Shown here one piece after another: positions 33,201 through 44,282 of a stretch of 64,000 bases of DNA. Every line of letters starts with the position of its first letter. Position 1 is the first letter of the stretch. The stretch is from Azolla caroliniana (lineage: Eukaryota; Plantae; Polypodiophyta): positions 9,982,001-10,046,000 of the forward strand of contig JBHGNT010000005.1 of NCBI GenBank assembly GCA_043228905.1. The letters run 5' to 3'. The position numbers and the translations under genes were made by a program. Under the pieces are notes generated by a model. That model did not search any database. It was not told the DNA's origin and saw nothing but the letters and a program-made list of their open reading frames with translations.

Positions 33201-35804
33201 AGTTGTGTAAAGTAGCTAATAAGCTATCCTACTAGCTAATTAGCTATCCTAGTAGGTAATTAGCTATGGTACTAGCTAATTAGCTAGTACTATAGTTGTG
33301 TAAAAAAGCTAATTAGGTATCCTACTAGCTAATTAGCCACTGGCAACTAATTAACTATCCTAGTAACTAATTAGCTACTGCCATAGTTGTGTAAAGTAGC
33401 TAATAAGCTATCCTAGTAGCTAATTAGCTATCCTACTAGCTAATTAGCTACTACCATAGTTGAGTAAAGTACCTAATTAGCTATCCTACTAGCTAATTAG
33501 CTACTACCATAGTTGAGTAAAGTACCTAATTAGCTATCCTACTAGCTAATTAGCTACTGGCAACTAATTAGCTATCCGAGTAGCTAATTAGCTATCCTAG
33601 TAGCTAATTAGCTGCTGGCAACTAATTAGCTATCCTACTAGCGAATTAGCTATCCTAGCGAATTAGCTATCCTAGTAGCTACTGCCATAGTTGTGTAAAG
33701 TAGCTAATAAGCTATCCTAGTAGCTAATTAGCTACTGGCAGCTAATTAGCTATCCTAGTAGCTAATTAGCTACTGGCAGCTAATTAGCTGTCCTAGTAGC
33801 TAATAAGCTATCCTAACTACTACCATAGTTGAGTAAAGTACCTAATTAGCTATCCTAACTACTACCATAGTTGAGTAAAGTACCTAATTAGCTATCATAC
33901 TAGCTAATTAGCTATCGTACTAGCTAATTAGCTATCCTAGCTTCTACCATAGTTTAGTAAAGTAGCTAATTAGCTATCCTAAATAACTGTCATGTTATTG
34001 TAGAATCTTGTGGATTAAGGACGGCACATGATGTGTCTGGTGCTGATGATGCTGCAACAGATGAGGATACTACTGCCAATGTGGCTGAAAGTAAGAGTCC
34101 TGCTATCACATCTCCTTCAGATCAGCTGCACCCTATTCTTTTGGAACAGTGTACTGAATTAGGCAACGATGTGAAATGCCATGAAATAGTGGAAACAACA
34201 TGTAAAACTGAGGTTCACAACAACAGTGTTTATGAACACTTGATGCAACATTTCTTCGAGTCTCAAGACCTTGATTCCACCCCACCGAGCCCAACTACTG
34301 AAAATGTCCAAACAGATCCCTCTGTACTTGAAAAGCTAGTTCAAGAAACGGCTGATGTGCAATTAGCTGCTGAGGCGATGGGAAGGTTGTCGGAGGAGGA
34401 CACACTTGCGCATTGGGTCCTAGAAGCAAGGCTAAATGGGGAACCAACCAGAAAAAGGCTGAAGAAGGGGCCACGATCGGGAACAAGACCAGTTACTCGG
34501 TCAAGGGGCCCAGACGTAGTGGAGCGAAATACTGTTTAGTTGGATATGATTGTTAGCTTAGGGATTTTGCTAGGGTTTTATGAAGTTTTACTATCCTGTT
34601 GGACAAGTAAAACCTCAGATTGGTTGTTGCTTGATCCACATTATGTAATGGAACTCTATGATGTTTTTCCAAGATAATTTGAAGAGTGTTGTTCTATGAC
34701 TGAAACTCTTTGATGTTCAGGATATTGTTTTGTGAGACTAGTAGTTACTTTGTGAGTGTGAATATGTTGGTGTTTTCTGATGTTGCAGAGTCTAAAGGGT
34801 TTGATTCTATTGCTCGTAAGGCCAATGGCAGTGTGGATACTGTTGATGTTGCGGCATGTTTAAAGGGCCCCATCTTGAAAGTAGATGTAGCAACTGACAC
34901 AAGTGATCTGGTCACACAAGTTGATCAAGCATGTAGCACGGATGACTTGGTGTTGCAGGTAGATGCAGCATGTAGCACGGATGACTTGGTGTTGCAGGTA
35001 GATGCAGCATGTGATACCAGTGGACTGATATCGAGCAGAACAGTAGCTACATGCACTGAGGTAATCCAAGGATTGATAACTAAGTCGACAAAACAAGAGC
35101 ACCAGAATGTGAATCTAGGCCCAACACAGTCGACTAGGGGTTTAAAGAGGAAAAGGACACCAGTTGTGTCAGCCGAACCTGAGCTGATTGAGATTGATCG
35201 TATCCTACCAAAAAATGGTGTAACAGCGGCTCAGTTTCAGGAATGGAAACCTAAACCACTAGAAGTCGAGCGAAGAGCCTTGATCTTGGAGCTGGATAAA
35301 GTCTTGATGAGTGTGAGATATATGCAGCCAAGGAGGGACGCAAATCAGTTTCTAGAGTGGGCTGCGGAGTACTTCGATTTGTTTATTTGGAGTGAAAAAC
35401 CAAAATCAGATGTGTGGAAGTGTTTGGCAAGATTCTTCCCAAAATGGCGAAGTCGTTTTAAAGGTCAATGGGCACGAGAAAATTGTGAGCAGATGGAAGC
35501 TGCAAGATTCAAGAGGCTTTCTGATTTTTGGGCTACTTGGCCTGAATATAATGCTGACAATACATTGATTTTGGATACAGAACATTTCCGACACTACTTC
35601 AATATTCGGAGATGCTGTCTCATTCTACCCGAGGAAATGCCTGAACAGTACCTGGTGCAAACAGTGAGCTGCCAACTAGGTGCATGGTTGTGGACTCCAT
35701 ACCGAGCTCAATATGCGGATAATATATGTAGACTCGTTCCACTGACTAGCAAGAGCTCAGCTGTTTATAGGAGATTTGTAGACATTTCCAATGGTAATTT
35801 ATAA
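30234..35804 (+). CDS. Spliced transposon cargo gene: unknown N-terminal domain, coiled coil, RING-H2 finger, FCP1/NIF-like HAD pseudophosphatase (~807 aa)
   Basis: Phase-compatible GT-AG exons 30234-30337, 30434-30490, 30995-31676, 31755-31898, 31983-32316, 34004-34090, 34789-35804 give 2424 nt with no internal stop. RING CIAC..CNHTYHLLC..CLGDC. FCP1-like LILELDKVL..FLEWAAEYFDLFIWS..NTLILD. Reading through exon 6 to 34539 gives an alternative 618-aa form. Confidence 0.72.
30530..30900 (+). repeat. Degenerate telomere-like (telo-box) repeats inside intron 2
   Basis: Many ATTAGGGTTT(C/G)TG units, mirrored at 8640-9030. Confidence 0.75.
32330..33980. repeat. Array of the 14-bp palindrome TAGCTAATTAGCTA (intron 5 of the cargo gene)
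   Basis: Dozens of copies at ~17-20 bp spacing with higher-order CATAGTTGTGTAAA blocks, bounded by GT at 32317 and AG at 34003. Confidence 0.95.
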
Positions 35805-35935
35805 ATATGTAAAGAGATGACATTATTCAATGAAGAATTTAATTACTTGTTCCCACTGTTACTTATCTACTGTGTAATTTGAGGAATATGTTGCAGATTG
35901 TTGATTTCATTCTATTGATGACTATTTAGCTATTG

Positions 35936-36442
35936 ACAGCTAATTAGCTGCATTTGTACAGCTAATTAGCTACTGATGACTATTTCGCTATAACTTATAA
36001 CTTAAAACTTAACAAAAAAGACATGATTTTATTGAGAAAGAAGCACAGAAAGCAGACTGTATACAAGAAATTGATTCCAAACGAATTTATTGATCTGTTT
36101 TCGCGAAATACATGTTTGTTTTACAAGAGAACATGGTAAGTGCTACTTGTAGCTACAAATTCCATGGCATACTATTGTAAATACATTTGTACAGCTAATT
36201 AGCTGCATTTGTACAGCTAATTAGCTACTGATGACTATTTCGCTATAACTTATAACTTAAAACTTAACAAAAAAGACATGATTTTATTGAGAAAGAAGCA
36301 CAGAAAGCAGACTGTATACAAGAAATTGATTCCAAACGAATTTATTGATCTGTTTTCGCGAAATACATGTTTGTTTTACAAGAGAACATGGTAAGTGCTA
36401 CTTGTAGCTACAAATTCCATGGCATACTATTGTAAATACATT
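35936..36442. repeat. 255-bp tandem duplication of the transposase stop codon and 3' UTR
   Basis: 35936-36187 repeats at 36191-36442. Confidence 0.9.
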
Positions 36443-38249
36443 CATACACATTAGCACCAACAGTGTATAAACCGGAGCAGCTATTGTATTCTGACATTGG
36501 GACGTTGATGCATCTGACCAAATGAGAGTACATATACGCCGCTGGTTTGTCTTCTAACAGCCTGTACACATATTCGTAGTCATCTAGTTTTGCATAAAAA
36601 ATGCCTTCGATGTAGAATGTCCCGGCAGATACAAAATTTCCCCATGCATCTACAATATTCTGCCTTGCACACTGTTTACTAACCGTGCACTTTAATATAT
36701 AGAAATCAACACCCTCTGAATTGCCTTCTTCAGCATTTACAGCGAAGTTATCCCCAACGTTCAGGACATCACTCAAAGTATCTCCAAGTCCCTCATATGT
36801 GAAGTCAGCATTCTGCCCTGTTTCTCCATCAACTGCTTCCTTATCATTCAGAGTGTGATACTCCCAATTCTGAATGTATGCTTTGTTTAGACAATATCTC
36901 CAATTTCCCTGCACACAATGGAAGCAAAAACAAGTCAATTCTCTAACCGCAATACAATGACCATCCAACCTGGAATAACCGCGAACAGCATGCAGAGATC
37001 GCAATTCGGGAATTCCTTGGCACTCCCAGGTCTTCTCCCTATTTACTTCATCTATCTTCACTTCCCAAAATTCACGTTTGATATCTCGAACTTGCGAGGA
37101 ATAAACACCTGTGGCACTCGTCGACATATTTGTTCTTAAAAATTCAACTACATGTGATGCACAATTCATGTGCACACCATCTGTCTTTAGTTGTTCATGG
37201 GTAAGTGCCCGCTTTATAACAGCCCCTGCACCATCATGTTCACCTTTACCATGGCCAGACCCAAAAAAATTCCATCTCATCTCCAAACCTGTTATAGCAG
37301 GATACCTCCCCACAAAATAAAATGGACGTCGAGCCTTGAATTGTGACACAGCTCCGTCAGACCAGACCCAATGTTGAGTAAGCTCCAAACGTTGAGCTAA
37401 TAACCACTGCCAATGTAACTTAAAACAGTGTTGGACGAACAAGGTATCATGCTTCTTATCATCGGAAATAAAGAAATGAATTACTTTTTTAACATCACCT
37501 GAAACTCGAAAATATGTTATGTGCACAAAAATGGTTACCTGAACTGAACACCAATGCATAGATTGAATTTCATTCTGCTGCTTGAAAGTATAATTCTCTG
37601 CGAAATCTACTACTGAGACTACTACATCATTTGGGAAATCAGATATGCAAGTCTTAAACTGATGGGCCTGCCATGAATAAATGAAGTTGTGTTTAATGAA
37701 CTTTCCTAGAGATACTACAAACAGAGACACCAAATCCCTTGGTTTAAGCATCTTCCGAACTAGATCCTTTCTTTTACACACCTTTCCTTCGAAATTGGTG
37801 TTCACTGACTCAAATAACTTCACAGAGATCAATATTTCACTACTCAATTCATTTGGACACCACCTAAATCTAGTAGGGCCACAATCTTGACATAAACCCA
37901 TGACACATTTATGAATATGGAAGATAGCGTCAGATTCTCTCGGACACAATATTGAATCTAATAAATAACTCATGGAAGAGATAACGTGCTCAGATGATTT
38001 ACACTCCTCTTGCGGGCTTGATCGACAGATTTGGCACCCACATGTGCAAACTGTATTAGTTAGGGATGCGCTATGGTGACGTAGTAGATTAACAGAGTCC
38101 TTCAGAAAACCCATCTGTACATGGTAAATGCAACAACATGTGTATCGATCCTTTAAGCGTCTCACAAAGTGTGGCTTAAGAGACTCGAATGTTCGTAGTT
38201 GAACTTTGATAGTTGGATGCTTTCGTTTGAACCTAATAAATAAATCGAC
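36408..38249 (-). CDS. Transposase, last exon (Sola2-like DDD family, tentative)
   Basis: Open frame from acceptor TTATTACGCAG at 38250. Motifs FKRKHP..F..LKP..CCCIYH, VDFAENY..EIQSMHW, FISDDKKHD, WSDGAVSQFK, GHGKGEHDGAG and CFCFHC. Upstream exon(s) are missing. Confidence 0.8.
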   Translation of the reverse strand, partial: VDLFIRFKRKHPTIKVQLRTFESLKPHFVRRLKDRYTCCCIYHVQMGFLKDSVNLLRHHSASLTNTVCTCGCQICRSSPQEECKSSEHVISSMSYLLDSILCPRESDAIFHIHKCVMGLCQDCGPTRFRWCPNELSSEILISVKLFESVNTNFEGKVCKRKDLVRKMLKPRDLVSLFVVSLGKFIKHNFIYSWQAHQFKTCISDFPNDVVVSVVDFAENYTFKQQNEIQSMHWCSVQVTIFVHITYFRVSGDVKKVIHFFISDDKKHDTLFVQHCFKLHWQWLLAQRLELTQHWVWSDGAVSQFKARRPFYFVGRYPAITGLEMRWNFFGSGHGKGEHDGAGAVIKRALTHEQLKTDGVHMNCASHVVEFLRTNMSTSATGVYSSQVRDIKREFWEVKIDEVNREKTWECQGIPELRSLHAVRGYSRLDGHCIAVRELTCFCFHCVQGNWRYCLNKAYIQNWEYHTLNDKEAVDGETGQNADFTYEGLGDTLSDVLNVGDNFAVNAEEGNSEGVDFYILKCTVSKQCARQNIVDAWGNFVSAGTFYIEGIFYAKLDDYEYVYRLLEDKPAAYMYSHLVRCINVPMSEYNSCSGLYTVGANVYECIYNSMPWNL

Positions 38250-38279
38250 CTGCGTAATAAAGGGGAATTAGTTATTCTC

Positions 38280-38955
38280 GTAACTAGCTAACTATCCTAG
38301 TAGCTAATTAGCTATTCTAGTAGCTAGTTAGCTATTCTAGTAGCTAGTTAGCTATTCTAGTAGTAGATTAGCTATCATGGTAGCTAATTAGTTGTCCTAG
38401 TAGCTAATTAGCTATCATGGTAGTTAATTAGCTGTCGTAGTAGCTAATTAGCTATCATGGTAGCTAATTAGCTATTCTAGTAGCTAATTAGCTATCATGG
38501 TAGCTAATTAGTTGTCGTAGTAGCTAATTAGCTATCATGGTAGCTAATTAGCTGTCCTAGTAGCTAATTGGTTGTCCTAGTAGCTAATTAGCTATCATGG
38601 TAGCTAATTAGCTATTCTAGTAGCTAATTAGCTATCATGGTAGCTAATTAGCTATTCTAGTAGCTAATTAGCTATCCTGGTAGCTAATTAGCTGTCGTAG
38701 TAGCTAATTAGCTATCATGGTAGCTAATTAGCTGTCGTAGTAGCTAATTAGCTATCATGGTAGCTAATTAGCTATTCTAGTAGCTAATTAGCTATTCTAG
38801 TAGCTAATTAGCTATCATGGTAGCTAATTAGCTGTCGTAGTAGCTAATTAGCTATCATGGTAGCTAATTAGCTGTCCTAGTAGCTAATTAGTTGTCCTAG
38901 TAGCTAATTAGCTATCATGGTGGCTAATTAGCTTGTCTACTAGCTAATTAGCTGT
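38280..38955. repeat. 20-bp-period array of TAGCTAATTAGCTA (transposase intron)
   Basis: Units TAGCTAATTAGCTATCATGG and variants, lying 5' of the transposase splice acceptor. Confidence 0.95.
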
Positions 38956-41900
38956 ACTAGGTTTGCCCTAAGTCATATTTATACTAATATGACTTTTCGG
39001 CTATTTACAAATATAGCCCCAATGGACTCTCAGAAACATATTTACGAATATGTCCCTTCATCCGGTGAGCACTCCTCACCGGGCCTTCACAATTCGGCTC
39101 TTGCTGGGTACTCGTCATCCGGTTCTCACCGGGTCTTCACCATCCGGCTCTTGTCGGGCCCTCATCATCCGGTTCTCACCGGGTCTTCACCATCCGGCTC
39201 TTGTCGGGCACTCGTCATCCGGTTCTCACCGGGCCTTCCTTGCCAGGTACTCGTCATCCGGCTCTCACCGGGTCTTCCATTGCCGAGTACCCATCATCCG
39301 GTTCTCACCGGGTCTTCTCACTTCCCATTCGGAGGGACCTGTTTCCTAACAAACTCCCCCTTCACTCCGGCATGGGATATCTTACCAGTCCGATCCGCTT
39401 CCAACATGCATCCAGCTTGGCTGGCATCAGCACTTTGGTCAGCATATCTGACCCGTTCTCGGCCGTGTGGATCTTCATCAGTGCGAACTCTCGATCTTCT
39501 ACTCGCTCCCAGATTCAGTGATGCCTACGTTGGATGTGCTTCGTCTTGGAATGGTACGTTGCGTTCTTAGCAAGGTGGATGGCACTTTGACTATCGCAAT
39601 AGAGCCAGTATTTATCTTGCCGGATACCGAGCTCTCCGATGAAGTCCTTCATCCATAATATTTCCTTGCTGGCTTCCACAGCCGCCATGTACTCTGCCTC
39701 CGTGGTTGACAACGCAACCGTCTTCTGCAACCTCAACTGCCACGAAACAGCTCCCCCTGCATATGTCATTACATACCCAGAAGTAGACCGCCTAGTATCC
39801 ACATCAGCCGACATATCCGAATCAGTAAAACTATCAAGTTGAGGTTTACCGGGGCCGAATCGGAGGCACATATTCAAAGTGCCCTTCAGGTATCAGAGTA
39901 TCCATTTGACCGCGTTCCAGTGCTCCTTGCCGGGATTGCTCATAAACCAGCTCACCACTCCGACTGCGTATCCAATATCCGGTCGAGTACACACCATTGA
40001 GTACATTAAGCTCCCGACGGCAGAGGCATATGGCACCTTCATCATCTCCGCCTTCTCTGTTTTCGTCTTCGGGCTTTTCTTGCTGGATAATCTGTAGTTT
40101 GCCGAGAGTGTCGATCCGACCGGTTTCGCTTCTAACATGTTGAACCGCTGAAGCACCTTTGTCACGTATTTCTCCTGTGACAGCCACAATTGCTTCGTTG
40201 GCCGGTTCCGGATGATATGCATCCCCAGCATCTGTCTTTCCGGATCCAAGTCTTTCATTGTGAAAGTTCGGTCGAGAGCCTTCTTCAGCATCCGTATTCT
40301 GGCTTGGTCCCGTCCGACGATCAACATGTCGTCCACGTATAGAAGGAGTATCAAGAAGTCACCTCCTTCGAACTTCTTCACAAACACGCAGTGATCGGCC
40401 TGCGTCTTGTGGTACCCTTGATCTGTCATGAAGGAGTCGAACTTCCAGTACCATTGTCGGGGAGCCTGCTTCAGTCCGTACAGGCTCTTCTTCAACCGGC
40501 AAACCAGGTGCTCCTTCCCTTTCTCCACGAGTCCTTCTGGTTGCTGCATGTAGATCTCCTCTTCAAGGTAACCGTGAAGGAATGTCGTCTTCACGTCTAG
40601 CTGCTCTACCTCGAGGTCCATGCTTGCCGCTATACTCAGCACCATCCGGATGGAGCTCATATTTACTACCAGGGGAAATATCTCGTCGAAGTCCACGCCA
40701 TTCTTCTGCTGGAACCCCTTCATCACGATCCTGGCTTTGTATCTCGGGGGGTTCCGGCATCTCCCGGTTTCAACTTGTACACCCACTTGTTTCGGAGTGC
40801 CCGCTTTCCTTTCGGCAACTCCACCAATTCATACGTATGGTTCTCATGCAAGGAATCCATCTAATCCTGCATGGCACTTAACCATTTGCGGCTGTGGGTG
40901 TCATCCTTCACTTCTTCGAAGCTTTCCGGCTCTCCCTCATCGGTCATCAGCACATGCTCTGCATCCGGAAATCTCCAGGGGGGCCTTCTCTCTCTGAGAG
41001 GATATCTTCGTCTTTGACCTTCGACAACCGGCTCCACTATTTGTTCTTCATCCGAATCCGATTCGGGGTCTTGGCCAGTTCCGATTTCAGCTTCCTCTAC
41101 TTCTTCTTCTGCCGGTTCGGTATTCTCACCGTAACCGGCTGGTTCCTCGAGTGTCAACCGGCTCTTAGCCGGGTGTGTCCGAATCTCATCAGAGTTCATT
41201 ATCTTCTTCTCCGACTCCCAATCGGCAAGGGTCTTGTCCTCCATGAAGAAAATATCTTGACTCATGAATACCTTCTCGTCGGCCAGGTCCCACACTCGGT
41301 AGCTGAACTCATCGTCGCCGTAACCGAGGAATATGCATGGCCGGGTCTTTGGATCCAACTTTCCTCTCCAGTCCTTAGCTACATGCACGTACGCGAGACA
41401 CCCGAACACCTTCAGATGCCGGTAGGACACTTCCTTACCGGTTCATACTCTCTGCGGCGTGTCTCCATCCAAGGGTATTGAGGGTGATCTGTTTATCACA
41501 TATGTCGCCGTTGACAGTGCCTCAGTCCAAAACTTCTTGGGTAGTTTCGCATGCGCCAGCATACTCCGAACCCTCTCCATTATGGTCCGGTTCATCCTCT
41601 CGACCAGCCCGTTTAGTTACGGGATCTTCGGCACGGTAAATTCGAGCCGGATTCCCTTCGAGCGGTAGTACTCCTCGAACTGCCCCTGGTATTCTCCTCC
41701 GTTATCTGCTCGAACCGCCTTCAGCTTCCAGCTGGTTTCTCTTTCCACTCTAGTGTGGAGCTCTTTGAAGAAGGATAGCACCTGATCCTTCGTCTTCAGC
41801 GGTGTGGCCCACAACTTCCGGTTGTGGTCATCTATGAACGTCACGAAGTACTGCGATCCTGCATGTGACTTCGTGTCCACTTGACACACATCAGTATGCA

Positions 41901-43678
41901 CCAACTCCAATGGTGCATTACGTCTCATCGGTGGCCTTGGTCGGAAGGAGGTCCGGTTTTGCTTACCGGCCAGACAATCAGTGCACTTCTCCAAGTGCAA
42001 GTTCTTCACTGGAATGAGGTTGTCGTCTGGAAGCCTCTTCATCCCCTTCTCGCTCATGTGACACAACCTCTTGTGCCACAGCTCACTGGCAGTGTCGGAT
42101 GTCACGTTCACTTCCTCCGGACATAACCGGGCATTCATTAGGTACAACATGCCGACCTTCTGGGCCCGAGTCACAATCAAGCTCCCTTTGCTGAACTGCA
42201 TAACACCATTCCGGATGCTACCCGTGTAGCCTTCATCATCTAGCCGACCGGCTGATATTAGGTTCAGTCGAACCTCCGGAACGTGTCGGACATCCTTTAG
42301 CAGTAGCTTGCATCCGGTTGGTGTTGTCAACCACACGTCTCCTATGCCGGCAATTCGGCATGTGCCTTCATTCCCCATCCGGACACAGTTGTGATCACCG
42401 GCTGAGTAGGATGAGAAGCATTTCCAGTCCGGGGTAAGGTGGAACGACGCTTCAGAATCGACCACCCAGGAAATCTCATCGCCGGCAAGGTTTAGCTCAC
42501 TCTCCTCGGTAATGAGCATCAACTCTTCTTCACTTGCCGCGATTGCCGTCGTTCCCTTCCGGTCTGTTCCCCTCCGGTCTTTACCATTCAGGTCCGGTGT
42601 CCGCTTCGAATCGATGTCGTCGGTTTCCTTGTCTTTTCGGAAGTGCCGACAATTTTTCTGGAAGTGTCCCGGTTTGCCGCAATAGAAGCAGGTAGGCCTC
42701 CCCCTTGACTTTGACCGTGTCCCCGACTTTTCCTGGTTCTGGGGGCTATGGTTCCTTTGTCTTCCGCGTTCCGATTCGGTAAGGAGCGCTTTGGAGTCAG
42801 AGCTCGTATCCTTATCTTTCTGACGCACCTCCTCATCTAGCAAGCTCGACTTCACTCTTGCTAGGGATAACCGTTTCCCTTCCGGCCCGGCGTTGCCCAA
42901 AGTGACAACCAACGTCTCCCAACTATCTGGGAGGGAACCGAGCAGGAGTAGCACTAGTACCTCATCGGCGAGAGGTACTTCCAATGATGTTGCCTGGTGG
43001 ATCATCCCCTGGAAGGTATTCATGTGCTCTTCCATGCTGGAGCCATCTTGGTACCAGAGTCTTACTACCTTCCGAAATACCGAAACCTGATTAACAACAT
43101 TTTTGTTTTGAAACATAATGCTGATCTTCTCCCAGAGCCCATGAGCCTTGCTCTCTTCATTGAAGTTGTTGTATCATGTTGATGAAGCACCATATGTATG
43201 CCGTTGTCTTCATGTGCATCACCTCCCATATCGTGGCGTCGATTTTGTTCGGTCTCTTGTCCCCGAACTGAACCGGCAACCAAAGATCATTAACCACGAG
43301 CATGTCCCTCATCTTCGACTTCCACACCGAATAGTTGGAGTCGGTGAGCTTGAACATGCCTCCCAACGAATCGTCCATTTTTCAGTGTCGTTTCGCTCTG
43401 ATACCACTTTGACAAGAATACACGCTCCCGATGAACAACGCTCGGCCACAACCGAGGCTAGAATCAAACACAGAAAATGGGTAATGAACGCACAACATAG
43501 TAAAGAGAAGAGTACACAAGATGTTAACGTGGAAAACCCAAACTAGGGAAAAACCACGGCAGCCCACAAACTGCAAACTATCACTATATCACAATGTACA
43601 ATAGTAAAGCACCGAGGCACGGACCTCGAGCTTGCTATCTTCGCCACAGGCGGCAGTTACAATAGAGGCAACGACATC

Positions 43679-43718
<40 letters not shown>

Positions 43719-44282
43719 CACAGTTACGCACTCAAATCTTGCACCAACAAGAATGACAACTACTGTACTAAGTTTGCCCTAAGTCATATTTATACTAATA
43801 TGACTTTTCGGCTATATACAAATATAGCCCCAATGGACTCTCAGAAACATATTTACGAATATGTCCCTTCATCCGGTGAGCACTCCTCACCGGGCCTTCA
43901 CCATCCGGCTCTTGCCAGGTACTCGTCATCCGGTTCTCACCGAGTCTTCACCATCCGGCTCTTTCTGGGCCCTCATCATCCGGTTCTCACCAGGTCTTCA
44001 CCATCCGGCTCTTGCCAGGCATTCATCATTCGGTTCTCACCGGGTCTTCCTTGCCGGGTACTCGTCATCCGGTTCTCACTAGGTCTTCCATTGCCGGGTA
44101 CTCGTCATCCGGTTCTCACTAGGTCTTCCATTGCCGGGTACTCGTCATCCGGTTCTCACTAGGTCTTCCATTGCCGGGTACTCGTCATCCGGTTCTCACT
44201 AGGTCTTCCATTGTCGGGTACTCGTCATCCGGTTCTCACCGGGTCTTCTCACTTCCCATTCGGAGGGACCTGTTTCTTAACA
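38952..44282 (-). mobile_element. Near full-length Tork/Tnt1-like Copia element (5' LTR 43410-44282, iMet PBS 43395-43406, gag-pol, PPT 39352-39368, truncated 3' LTR 38952-39351)
   Basis: TGGTATCAGAGC; CFYCGKPGHFQKNC; WHKRLCH; VRADNGGEY; YKARIV; LYVDDML; LSTTEAEY. Several frameshifts. Confidence 0.95.

Larger units (their letters stand above)
29983..38955. mobile_element. Large cut-and-paste DNA transposon (tentatively Sola2-like) with transposase and cargo gene; right end deleted
   Basis: Left end is defined by the shared boundary with the second copy (5'-GGGTAAAAGC). The TAGCTAATTAGCTA motif links the end, the introns and the 3' UTRs. A DDD-type transposase lies on the minus strand. Confidence 0.78.

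Noticed and set aside
32330-33980. CRISPR-like array
   Set aside because: Spacers are only a few nt and repetitive, there are no cas genes, and the context is eukaryotic.
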